DNA of 35,367 bases. Origin: Cryomorphaceae bacterium. Lineage in GTDB: Bacteria > Bacteroidota > Bacteroidia > Flavobacteriales > Schleiferiaceae. The notes under the pieces were generated by a model. That model worked only from the letters and a program-made list of their open reading frames with translations. It was not told the DNA's origin and ran no database searches. A program made the translations under genes and the position numbers. Positions 9,937-18,237 of this stretch are shown one piece after another. Location: assembly GCA_013205365.1 (NCBI GenBank), contig JABMNC010000070.1:1-35367 (forward strand). The letters are read 5' to 3'. The first letter of the stretch is position 1, and each line of letters opens with the position of its first letter.

Positions 9937-9944
9937 TAAAGTTA
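9937..9944 (-). promoter_or_regulatory. -7-like box TAACTTTA for the ridA-lpdA-ABC operon
   Basis: Minus-strand reading of taaagtta. Only 4 nt separate it from the ridA ATG (9932). G to A variant of TAnnTTTG. Confidence 0.35.
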
Positions 9945-9960
9945 GGGCCTGGGCTAATAC

Positions 9961-9968
9961 TACCTTTG
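9961..9968 (+). promoter_or_regulatory. -7 promoter box TACCTTTG for the amidotransferase gene
   Basis: Perfect TAnnTTTG. 5 nt separate it from ATG 9974, which implies a leaderless or near-leaderless mRNA. Confidence 0.55.
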
Positions 9969-9973
9969 GCCCA

Positions 9974-10576
9974 ATGGTCTTAGGCGTACTCGACAACCGC
10001 GACTCGTTCACCTTCAACTTGGTGCACCTGCTCGAACCCTATTTTAGCGAGGTCATTGTGCTGCGCTGCGACGACCCTGAAGCCCTAGAAGGCTTCGAAG
10101 CCTGCGATGCATTAGTGCTGTCGCCAGGACCAGGCCTACCTCAGGAATCGGGCGCGCTCATGCAGGTCATTGCGCGGCATTGGGGCCGCAGGCCCATCCT
10201 AGGAGTGTGCTTGGGAATGCAGGCCTTGGCTGAATTTCGGGGCGGACAACTCCAGCATACTGGCAGTCCACGACACGGCATTGCGAGAACCATAACCTGG
10301 CTGCACGAAGATGCCCTGAACCAAGGCCTTCCGATAGCAATGCAGGTTGGATACTATCATTCTTGGGCGGTCAAGGCCAGCAGCATTCCCGTGGAATGGA
10401 CGCTCCTCGCCACCGACCACGAAGGACTTCCTGCCGCCATTCGCCACCGAACGGAAGCCGTTTGGGGCCTTCAGTTTCATCCAGAAAGTGTTTTGACCCC
10501 CTTGGGCAAGAAGCTGCTGGAGTACTGGGCTCTGCTTGTTAATAGTCACCCAAGCCGCGCCGACGTTGCACCTTAA
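9974..10576 (+). CDS. pabA: aminodeoxychorismate/anthranilate synthase component II (class I glutamine amidotransferase)
   Basis: ORF 9893..10576 trimmed to ATG 9974 (MVLGVLDNRDSFTFNLV). Catalytic GVCLGMQAL and FHPES motifs. No trpE/trp genes are nearby, so the PabA versus TrpG assignment is open. Confidence 0.85.
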   Translation: MVLGVLDNRDSFTFNLVHLLEPYFSEVIVLRCDDPEALEGFEACDALVLSPGPGLPQESGALMQVIARHWGRRPILGVCLGMQALAEFRGGQLQHTGSPRHGIARTITWLHEDALNQGLPIAMQVGYYHSWAVKASSIPVEWTLLATDHEGLPAAIRHRTEAVWGLQFHPESVLTPLGKKLLEYWALLVNSHPSRADVAP

Positions 10577-13025
10577 GGGCATTGAGCAAGGGCGCCGTAA
10601 CACCCATACTGATCGAGTAGCTGCGGGCGTAGCCCAACGGAACCCAGCGCAGGTTCATCTGCCAGCAGTGAATCGTGCGGACCACGTCAAAAGAGGTGAA
10701 GGTGATGCTCGCGCTCTCCAAATCGTAGCCGCTTGAGAAGCGAATCTTCCAGTTTTGGGTTGGATCCCAGCTGCCGTCAACGCGGAGCGAATGGACGGTC
10801 TTGTAGGTTGTTCCCGACGCAAAGCGCCGCAAGGAATAGCCTGCATTCAGACTCCAGGGGGCCGCCCATTTTGCATAGTCAATGGGGGAATAGTAGTCGG
10901 TAAAATAGTTCTCTTCTAGGCCAAGGTCGTTGATCTTTGGGCCGCGTCGGCCCGCGGCACTTCCGCCACGCAACCGAAGATCAGCGCTAAACTGATGCAT
11001 CGTTGGACGAATTAGGCCCTGACCAAGCGCCGCCGAAAAATCCAGGCTGCGCTGGCCGGTGGAATCGATGCCGTACCAATCAAAAAGGCCCTGATAGCTC
11101 ACTCGATAGGCCCCTTTACCCCATGAAGAAGATGCCCTAATAGCCATATTCTCAAAAGGATGGCTTAAGGCAGCTGCGTTATAGCCCGTTTCAAGGCTTA
11201 GGTCGTCGATTAGGTTAATCTTCTGCTCGGTTCCGGAATCGCCCCGAGCGCGAAGCTTGGCATCTATGGTGTTTCGAAGGCGCAGGCGCATTGCTCCCAA
11301 CTGACCGGGGCCCGGCGAGCCGTAGGTATAGCCTTCAAAACGATTGAAGCGCTTTAGACCGCCAAGAGTATCGGACTGGATTTCTTGATAAATGTTCCAC
11401 TGGGGATTGGCGAAATCCGGGCGAGCAATAGCCGTTAGCGACGGGTACATAACGTGCCTTAGTGCAGACAAGGGTCCGCGCTTAAAGCGAAACAAGCCAT
11501 AAAGCGTGGTATTTGCCGAAGCAGATGCGCGAAATTCCCGTGCCGCAAAAAAGCCCTGAACCGTGTCAGACGTCACCTTCTCGGTGAGGGTATCCCATCG
11601 GTAGTCAAGCGCCGTTGGGTACCATTTCTCGGCCCAATCGGCACTGGGATTTAAAGTGATAAACTTTAAAACCTTGAGGTTGGTACTGAGCGATGCCGCG
11701 TGCTGTACCCCGCTTCGCAGCCGAGTCGGGTCAAAGAGCTGGGCAGGATCCTGGAGTTCCTCCAAAAGGCCCTGGGTTTCGTTGCGGCCGTTCATGGCGT
11801 AGGTGAGGCCAATTCCCTCATACCATTTAGGGGCACCGCTGCGGACTTTGCGGGCAAAGGGCTGTACCCTTGCCATTCCCAGGGTGAATTCTGGGAGCGA
11901 AAGGGCAATGGTACCCTGCTGGTTGCTTTGACGGTGCCGCAACGCTCCAGTGAAGGTGAAGGGAGTTCCGGGGAATCGCTGAACCACACTGATGGATGAG
12001 GATAGGTCGTTCTTTAAAAAGTCTTCGGGGTTGGTCGTGGTGTTCTTAAAAAAACTGCCGGTGGCCAGCTCAACGCGCGCTGAGAAGGTGCGCGAAGGGT
12101 GTGCCTTGGGGTCTTGGCTGTGGTTCCACGATATGCGGTAGTCTCGGGAATCATAAAACTGACCATAGTCCGCGTAGCGGGGGTCTCCATAGCGCGTTCG
12201 GTTGGTCTGAACCGTAAATCCGCCCGAAAAACGATAGCGATAGCGGTAGTTAGACTGCGCTTGAATGCCCCATGAACCGCGTGTATAAAGGTCGCCGGTA
12301 ACCTTCAAGTCGACGTGGTCGTTGAGCGCCCAATAGTGTCCAAATCCGGTCAGACCCAGACCCCATTCCCGACGGTCGGCAAAATTGGGCAAAATGTATC
12401 CCGAGGCGCGCTTCTCCATTACCGGAAAAAATCCGAAGGGAAGAGCCAAAGGCGTGGGCAAATGGATCAGTTCGAGGTAGGCAGGGCCTGTGACGATGCG
12501 CTTGCCCACATCCAAGCGCGCCCGGGGAGCGACAATGGCAAAGTGCGGATCCACGTGGTTGCAGGTGGTGAAGCGCGTCGATCCGATGTAGTAGCTGGAG
12601 TCCGTGATCATTTTAACCTGCCCCCCAGAGAGAAATCCTCCGCCCTCTTGACTGGTCGATTGATAGACCCAGCCTTTTTGAGTTCCGTAGTTGTAGCGAA
12701 GCGTGTCTGCTCCAATGCGCCGTTCACCTTGGGTAAAAATGGGTCGGCCAATGTAGGTTCCGTCTGCTTGCTTCGCCCCAAAGGACTTGATTTCGCGCAA
12801 CTTCCAATCAATTATAATGTACTCGGCCTCGAGGATGAAGTCCGAGGATTCGGCACGTGCCTTGCCCTGAAGATTTAGGGTATTGCTCCCGGGGCGTAGG
12901 ACACCCTGCTTTTCTGAGGCATAGCGGATTCCATCGCCGTCGAGAACGCTCTGAGCTGGGGCCGTATACCACATAATTGCCGCGAGTATTGCGGCGTAAG
13001 AGTTTACCTTTGAAGCGACATTCAT
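10539..13025 (-). CDS. LptD-like outer-membrane LPS-assembly protein (Bacteroidota type)
   Basis: 828 aa with a signal peptide (MNVASKVNSYAAILAAIMWYTAPAQS) and an aromatic-rich beta-barrel-like composition. The N-terminal region matches my recollection of Bacteroidota LptD-like proteins. ATG 13025 chosen because TTG 13040 lies inside the -7 box. Confidence 0.75.
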   Translation of the reverse strand: MNVASKVNSYAAILAAIMWYTAPAQSVLDGDGIRYASEKQGVLRPGSNTLNLQGKARAESSDFILEAEYIIIDWKLREIKSFGAKQADGTYIGRPIFTQGERRIGADTLRYNYGTQKGWVYQSTSQEGGGFLSGGQVKMITDSSYYIGSTRFTTCNHVDPHFAIVAPRARLDVGKRIVTGPAYLELIHLPTPLALPFGFFPVMEKRASGYILPNFADRREWGLGLTGFGHYWALNDHVDLKVTGDLYTRGSWGIQAQSNYRYRYRFSGGFTVQTNRTRYGDPRYADYGQFYDSRDYRISWNHSQDPKAHPSRTFSARVELATGSFFKNTTTNPEDFLKNDLSSSISVVQRFPGTPFTFTGALRHRQSNQQGTIALSLPEFTLGMARVQPFARKVRSGAPKWYEGIGLTYAMNGRNETQGLLEELQDPAQLFDPTRLRSGVQHAASLSTNLKVLKFITLNPSADWAEKWYPTALDYRWDTLTEKVTSDTVQGFFAAREFRASASANTTLYGLFRFKRGPLSALRHVMYPSLTAIARPDFANPQWNIYQEIQSDTLGGLKRFNRFEGYTYGSPGPGQLGAMRLRLRNTIDAKLRARGDSGTEQKINLIDDLSLETGYNAAALSHPFENMAIRASSSWGKGAYRVSYQGLFDWYGIDSTGQRSLDFSAALGQGLIRPTMHQFSADLRLRGGSAAGRRGPKINDLGLEENYFTDYYSPIDYAKWAAPWSLNAGYSLRRFASGTTYKTVHSLRVDGSWDPTQNWKIRFSSGYDLESASITFTSFDVVRTIHCWQMNLRWVPLGYARSYSISMGVTAPLLNALKVQRRRGLGDY
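13005..13012 (+). promoter_or_regulatory. -7 promoter box TACCTTTG for the amidase operon, embedded in the lptD-like coding sequence
   Basis: Perfect TAnnTTTG, 11 nt before ATG 13024. It lies within codons of the divergent lptD-like signal peptide. Confidence 0.55.
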
Positions 13026-14289
13026 GAAATCAGTGACCAAAAGTAGTACCTACCAACGCCTAGCTTGGCTTTTGATTGCCCTATTGGCAATTCCGCATGC
13101 GGGATTTCAGCCTGCGGCTCGCATGAGCAATGAGATTCGCACCGTAGTTATCGATGCCGGCCACGGCGGCAAAGACCCTGGGAATTTGGGCACCCGCCGT
13201 TACAAAAAAACAGAGAAAGACGTTTCACTCGCGGTTGCCTTGTTGGTCGAGAAGTATATTTTGGAGCGCCATCCCAACATCAAGGTGGTCATGACCCGAC
13301 GAGACGATTCCTACCCGACGCTGCACGAGCGCACGGTCATTGCCAATCGGGCGCAGGGTGATGTCTTTATTTCGATTCACTGCGACGCGGCCGAGAACCG
13401 CTCCGCCTATGGCTCATCGACCTATGTAATGGGTAAGGACCACGACGACGAGAACCGCGTTGCCATGCGCGAAAATTCCGTTATACTTCAAGAAGACAAC
13501 CAAGACGTTTATGAGGGCTTTGACCCGACCAAGCCGGAGTCCTACATCATGCTTACCATGTTTCAGTATGCCTTCATCCAGCAAAGTGTGGAACTGGCGC
13601 AGCAGGTACAGAATTCCTTTAGGGACGATGTGGGTCGCAAGGACCGCGGGGTGAAGCAGCAGCCGCTTTATGTGACGAGCCGTTCTGCGATGCCTGCAAT
13701 TCTTATTGAGCTCGGATTTTTGACCAACAGCGCCGAGGAGGATTACCTTATTACCGATCAAGGCCAGGACGAAATGGCGCGTTCCATTGCGCGCTCTTTT
13801 GGGCAGTACAAACTGCGGCGCGAGGGAGGTTCCTCTTCTGCCGCTGAGCCGAAGGTGGAGCCGAAGGTGGAGCCTGCCGCCGAGCCGAAGGTGGAGCTGA
13901 AGGTGGAACCTGCCGCCGAGCCAACGGCGCTTACCGTGCAGCCCAAGGTGGAGCCCAAGGCAGAACCTGCCATGGCCGAAAACAAGCCAGCGCCAGCACC
14001 AGGCGCCTCCAGCTTGGCCAATCAAGAAGTATTTTTTAGCATCCAGCTCAGCGTAAGCGGAATCCAAAAAAGCCCTACCGAAGAGCCCTTCTCGGCCCTT
14101 ACTGACGTATTTGTCGCTAAGGACGGTCGCCTGTTCCGCTACCTTCAAGGAAGGTACCGCAGCCGTACCGAAGCGATAAGTGCCCTTGAATCCGCGCGAA
14201 AGAGTGGATTTGCTGATGCTTTTGTTGTTGCCTACCGAGGGCTGGCTCGCATTACCCTCGATGAGGCAGATCAAGCCCTAAAACCCTAA
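13024..14289 (+). CDS. N-acetylmuramoyl-L-alanine amidase (Amidase_3/AmiC type) with a repeat linker and a C-terminal SPOR domain
   Basis: Signal peptide; VVIDAGHGGKDPG and ISIHCDA zinc-amidase motifs; a P/E/K/V-rich linker; C-terminal FFSIQLSVSG...GRYRSRTEAISALESARKSGFADAFVVAY, typical of SPOR. Confidence 0.9.
   Translation: MKSVTKSSTYQRLAWLLIALLAIPHAGFQPAARMSNEIRTVVIDAGHGGKDPGNLGTRRYKKTEKDVSLAVALLVEKYILERHPNIKVVMTRRDDSYPTLHERTVIANRAQGDVFISIHCDAAENRSAYGSSTYVMGKDHDDENRVAMRENSVILQEDNQDVYEGFDPTKPESYIMLTMFQYAFIQQSVELAQQVQNSFRDDVGRKDRGVKQQPLYVTSRSAMPAILIELGFLTNSAEEDYLITDQGQDEMARSIARSFGQYKLRREGGSSSAAEPKVEPKVEPAAEPKVELKVEPAAEPTALTVQPKVEPKAEPAMAENKPAPAPGASSLANQEVFFSIQLSVSGIQKSPTEEPFSALTDVFVAKDGRLFRYLQGRYRSRTEAISALESARKSGFADAFVVAYRGLARITLDEADQALKP
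13038..13045 (-). promoter_or_regulatory. -7 promoter box TACTTTTG for the lptD-like gene, embedded in the amidase coding sequence
   Basis: Minus-strand reading of caaaagta, 12 nt before the lptD-like ATG (13025). It lies within amidase codons 5-8. Confidence 0.5.
13846..13917 (+). repeat. in-frame 36-nt tandem duplication (EPKVEPKVEPAA / EPKVELKVEPAA) in the amidase linker
   Basis: gagccgaaggtg-based 12-nt subunits. Degenerate copies continue to about 13977. Confidence 0.8.
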
Positions 14290-14299
14290 CTTGTAGTCT

Positions 14300-15274
14300 A
14301 TGTTCAGTCGCGAATTAAAAACTGGTCTGGTCGTGCTATTGGCAGGACTAATACTATACTTTGGGATTTCCTACCTCAAAAACAGTACGCTGCTCGACAA
14401 AGGCATCACCATTTACTCCGTCTACGAGCGTGTTGACGGCCTTATTGGTTCGCAACCGGTCAACATCAACGGACTCTCCGTCGGACGGATTGAATCCATC
14501 GATTTTCACCCGGATCAGTCGGGGCGAGTAGTGGTCTCAATGCGCATTGACTCCGACTACCCCATACCGGTCAACAGCCTCGCGCTGATTAAATCCAGCG
14601 ACTTGCTGGGGGCCAAAGAAATTTCGCTTCAAATTGGATCAGGCAAAGTACTCATCGAAGACGGAGATACCCTTCGCAGCGCCATCGAGGAATCTTTAGG
14701 CGATGCCATCAACAAAGAAGTGCTGCCCGTGAAGATTAAGGCCGAGCAGCTTATTGCCTCGCTCGACACGGTGGTACAGGCCCTGACGGGCTTCCTACAG
14801 GGCGGAGTAGAAAAAGACTTCCGATCCTCCTTCAGCAACGTCAATCAGTCCTTGATTAACTTGAATGAAATCACCACCGAGCTTTCGACCTACATGAACG
14901 AGAATCGGGAGTCCCTGGGCCGCGCTACGCAAAACTTCGAGCGGCTTTCTAAGACCCTCGCCGACAACAAAGACGAGCTCGATCGGGTGTTTACGAATTT
15001 TGCCAATATTTCGGACTCTCTTGGTAAAGCCAACGTAGGACAGACTATGATTGCATTAGAGCGAACGGCCAATAATTTAGACCTGGTAACCGGACGCATC
15101 GCAGCCGGAGAAGGAAGTCTTGGTAAGCTAAGTACTCAGGATTCTCTATACACGCAGATTCAAGACACGATGACGTCCCTTGACCGCCTGCTTCTCGACC
15201 TGCGCTACCATCCCGAGCGCTATGTGCGCCTGTCTGTTTTTGGCCGTAAACCCAGCCGCATAGACGAAGAATGA
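14300..15274 (+). CDS. MlaD/MCE-family protein
   Basis: N-terminal TM helix, then the MCE domain (GLIGSQPVNINGLSVGRIESIDF, IKSSDLLGAKEISL), followed by a long helical C-terminus. Confidence 0.85.
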   Translation: MFSRELKTGLVVLLAGLILYFGISYLKNSTLLDKGITIYSVYERVDGLIGSQPVNINGLSVGRIESIDFHPDQSGRVVVSMRIDSDYPIPVNSLALIKSSDLLGAKEISLQIGSGKVLIEDGDTLRSAIEESLGDAINKEVLPVKIKAEQLIASLDTVVQALTGFLQGGVEKDFRSSFSNVNQSLINLNEITTELSTYMNENRESLGRATQNFERLSKTLADNKDELDRVFTNFANISDSLGKANVGQTMIALERTANNLDLVTGRIAAGEGSLGKLSTQDSLYTQIQDTMTSLDRLLLDLRYHPERYVRLSVFGRKPSRIDEE

Positions 15275-16560
15275 TTTCGAGCCTAGTCTTTGTTGCGCTG
15301 CTCGCTGCGGGCATAACAGGTTTTACCCTTCAGGTGCGTCGACTGCGCCGAGGTTTGGCCCTTGCTCGCCCGTCGGGTCGCCACGACCGCCGCAAGGAGC
15401 GCTGGGCAATTATGACCAGGGTGGCCATGGGTCAAAGCCAAATGGAACCCCGCCGGTTGGCTGCCCTAATGCACTTCATTGTGTACGTAGGCTTTGTATT
15501 GATCAATATCGAAGTCCTCGAAATCATCTTGGACGGAATCCTGGGAACCCACCGCCTGTTTCGGGCTCCGCTTGGCGGACTCTACGACGTCCTCATGAGC
15601 TTTTTTGAGGTACTGGGTGCCTTGGTAATTATCGCCATTGTAGTATTCTTGGTTCGTCGGTTGCGGCTTGGGCCCAAGCGCTTGAACCACCCCGACCTAA
15701 CGGGATGGCCCCAGAAAGATGCCCTGAATATTTTGGTCATTGAAGTCGTTCTGATGCTAGCCCTCCTGCTCATGAATGCATCAGAATTCGCTGCAGTTAA
15801 TCAAGGATTAAACTCCGCAAACCAACAAACTCCCTGGCTTATTAGTGGCCTTTTTCAGCCCCTTTTTGAGGGTTGGAGGGTTTCGAACCTCGAGGTTTTT
15901 ACCCAGAGCATGTGGTGGCTTCACTTTGTTGGCATTTTGGCTTTTTTAAACTACCTGCCTCGAAGCAAGCACTTTCACATCATCTTGGCCTTCCCCAACG
16001 TTTGGTACAGCAAATTGACTCCGCGCGGACAAATTCCGGCCATGGAGTCCGTGACTACCGAAATCAAGTCCATGCTTGACCCGAGCTTCGTGACAGACCC
16101 CAACGCAGCTCCGCCTGCACGGTTTGGAGCCAAGGACGTTCATGATCTGCACTTTGCCAACCTGCTGAACGCTTACAGCTGCACCGAGTGCGGGCGGTGC
16201 ACCAGCGAATGCCCCGCAAACCAAACGGGCAAGAAACTCTCCCCTCGCCGCATCATGATGGCCACCCGCGACCGCGTTGAAGAGGTCTTGACTGGGGGCC
16301 AAGGAGCCGAAACCAGGAGCCTGCTCGACGATTGGATTTCGCGCGAAGAGCTCTGGGCCTGTACCACCTGCAATGCCTGTGTCGAAGCCTGCCCCTTGAA
16401 CATTGACCCCATGGACATCATCATGCAAATGCGCCAGTACCTCGTCATGGAGGAGTCCGCAGCCCCTTCGACGGTCAACGTCGCAATGGGCAACATCGAA
16501 AACAACGCAGCTCCCTGGGCCTACCCCCAAGCAGACCGCGGCAACTGGATTAATTCATGA
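15271..16560 (+). CDS. membrane-anchored (Fe-S)-binding protein, N-terminal half of an HdrD/DsrK/GlpC-like oxidoreductase
   Basis: About 5 hydrophobic helices followed by two ferredoxin-type motifs, CTECGRCTSECP and CTTCNACVEACP. The ATG overlaps the mlaD stop (ATGA). Confidence 0.8.
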   Translation: MISSLVFVALLAAGITGFTLQVRRLRRGLALARPSGRHDRRKERWAIMTRVAMGQSQMEPRRLAALMHFIVYVGFVLINIEVLEIILDGILGTHRLFRAPLGGLYDVLMSFFEVLGALVIIAIVVFLVRRLRLGPKRLNHPDLTGWPQKDALNILVIEVVLMLALLLMNASEFAAVNQGLNSANQQTPWLISGLFQPLFEGWRVSNLEVFTQSMWWLHFVGILAFLNYLPRSKHFHIILAFPNVWYSKLTPRGQIPAMESVTTEIKSMLDPSFVTDPNAAPPARFGAKDVHDLHFANLLNAYSCTECGRCTSECPANQTGKKLSPRRIMMATRDRVEEVLTGGQGAETRSLLDDWISREELWACTTCNACVEACPLNIDPMDIIMQMRQYLVMEESAAPSTVNVAMGNIENNAAPWAYPQADRGNWINS

Positions 16561-16979
16561 ACCAACTTCAGCAAACTGTCGTTAACGGTGAGGTGGTAAG
16601 CCCCGTGCTGCCAGAGCACATCAAAAACTACCTCATCGACATTGACGGAACCGTTTGCGACGATATTCCTAACGAGGAACCAGAGCGCATGGCGACCGCC
16701 AACGTGTACCCTGACGCGCTTGAAACGATTAAAGCGTGGCATACCGAAGGACACATCATCACCTTTTTCACGAGCCGCACTGAAGAACACCGAGCGGTTA
16801 CCGAGCAATGGCTCGCGGACCATGGATTCCCCTACCACGGGCTGCTTATGGGCAAACCCCGCGGAGGCAACTACCATTGGATTGATAACCATATCGTGAG
16901 GGCCACCCGATACACTGGCACTTTTAGTCCCTTGGTCAAGCGCGCAGCAACGGTTGAAGTATTTAACGACCCACTATGA
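16557..16979 (+). CDS. small HAD-superfamily phosphatase-like protein
   Basis: 140 aa. HAD motif I IDIDGTV (DxDxT), FFTSRT (motif II-like), GKPRG...WIDN (motif III/IV-like). ATGA overlaps at both ends. Confidence 0.6.
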   Translation: MNQLQQTVVNGEVVSPVLPEHIKNYLIDIDGTVCDDIPNEEPERMATANVYPDALETIKAWHTEGHIITFFTSRTEEHRAVTEQWLADHGFPYHGLLMGKPRGGNYHWIDNHIVRATRYTGTFSPLVKRAATVEVFNDPL

Positions 16980-17761
16980 GTTTGAATGTACCCACCATGG
17001 CCGAGCTGGCCGCCCGAGGTGAAACCGCAGAAGTCCTATTTTGGGTTGGATGCGCCGGGAGCTTTGACGAGCGTGCCAAAAAAGTCACTAAAGCGGTGGC
17101 CAAGTTGCTGAACCAGGCCGGAGTGTCGTTTGCCGTGCTCGGCGCTGAAGAAAGCTGCACCGGCGACCCTGCACGGCGCGCTGGCAACGAGTTTCTATTT
17201 CAGATGCAGGCGCTTCAAAACATCGAAATCCTCAACGGCTACAGCGTGCAGAAAATAGTTGCCGCCTGCCCCCACTGCTTTAACACGCTTAAAAACGAAT
17301 ATCCGCAATTGGGCGGAACCTACGAGGTGTTTCACCACAGCCAATTCATCGAGCAGCTCCTGCGCGACGGGCGATTGCGTGTAGAGGGCGGCAGCTTCAA
17401 GGGCAAGCGAATTGTCTTTCACGACCCTTGCTACCTGGGGCGAGCCAACGGAGAATACGAGGCACCGCGGGTCTTATTAGCACAACTCGACGCCGAAATC
17501 CACGAAATGAAGCGAAGCAAAAAAAACGGCCTCTGCTGCGGAGCCGGCGGCGCACAAATCTTTAAGGAACCCGAGTCTGGTGACGCAGAAATTCACCACG
17601 TGCGGGCCGAAGAAGCCCTAGCAACCGGAGCAGACATTATCGCCGTGGCCTGCCCCTTTTGCAAGCTAATGCTCACCGACGGCGTCACCCACCACGGCAA
17701 AGAAGGCCAGGTTCAGGTCCTCGACATCGCCGAAGCCATCGCCACCGCAAACGACCTTTAG
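16976..17761 (+). CDS. (Fe-S)-binding protein with two CCG-type cysteine-rich domains (HdrD/GlpC C-terminal half)
   Basis: VGCAGSF...ESCTGDP...ACPHC and DPCYLGR...LCCGAGGA...ACPFC match the duplicated CCG-domain pattern. Confidence 0.82.
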   Translation: MSLNVPTMAELAARGETAEVLFWVGCAGSFDERAKKVTKAVAKLLNQAGVSFAVLGAEESCTGDPARRAGNEFLFQMQALQNIEILNGYSVQKIVAACPHCFNTLKNEYPQLGGTYEVFHHSQFIEQLLRDGRLRVEGGSFKGKRIVFHDPCYLGRANGEYEAPRVLLAQLDAEIHEMKRSKKNGLCCGAGGAQIFKEPESGDAEIHHVRAEEALATGADIIAVACPFCKLMLTDGVTHHGKEGQVQVLDIAEAIATANDL

Positions 17762-17764
17762 GCC

Positions 17765-18226
17765 ATGCCGCTAGTCGACTGGAACGAACTCCCTTCGGAA
17801 TCGCGCTTTTGGTGCTTCGTGGCCGACCGCCCATGGACGGCCGACGAAGAGCTGCAGCTGCGTGAGGGGCTTCAATCACTTTGCCACGCTTGGGGCGCCC
17901 ACGGTGCCCCAGTGTTTGCTGGATTCCAGCTCGTCGAACAGCGCGTAGTGGCCCTAGCCGCCGACGAAGCCCGTACCGCCGCCAGCGGGTGCAGCATCGA
18001 CAGCCGAATGGCTGCACTGCGCGCATTGGGAGACCAATTTGGCATCGACTGGCTTGGACGAATGCACGTTTATGCCGACCAAGGATCAGGCTGGGAACGC
18101 CTTAGGCTCCAAGAGGCTCGCCAGCTACAAGGAGGACGCTTTCTCGACAGCGTGGCCCAGACTAAAGGCGCATGGCAGCCCATTAGGGAAGTTATGGGCA
18201 GCTGGCTCCAAGCCAGAAACCAGTAA
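17765..18226 (+). CDS. conserved hypothetical protein (153 aa) with an ASGCSIDS motif
   Basis: Starts 3 nt after the CCG-protein stop. I recall similar small proteins downstream of these Fe-S genes in other Bacteroidota, sometimes mislabelled ABC transporter ATPase. No recognisable catalytic motif. Confidence 0.55.
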   Translation: MPLVDWNELPSESRFWCFVADRPWTADEELQLREGLQSLCHAWGAHGAPVFAGFQLVEQRVVALAADEARTAASGCSIDSRMAALRALGDQFGIDWLGRMHVYADQGSGWERLRLQEARQLQGGRFLDSVAQTKGAWQPIREVMGSWLQARNQ

Positions 18227-18237
18227 CTCGTTACTAG

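Noticed and set aside
14300-15274. MlaD as part of a complete Mla (MlaFEDB) transporter locus.
   Set aside because: No MlaE permease or MlaF ATPase is adjacent. The downstream genes are Fe-S and HAD proteins, so only the MCE-family call is supported.
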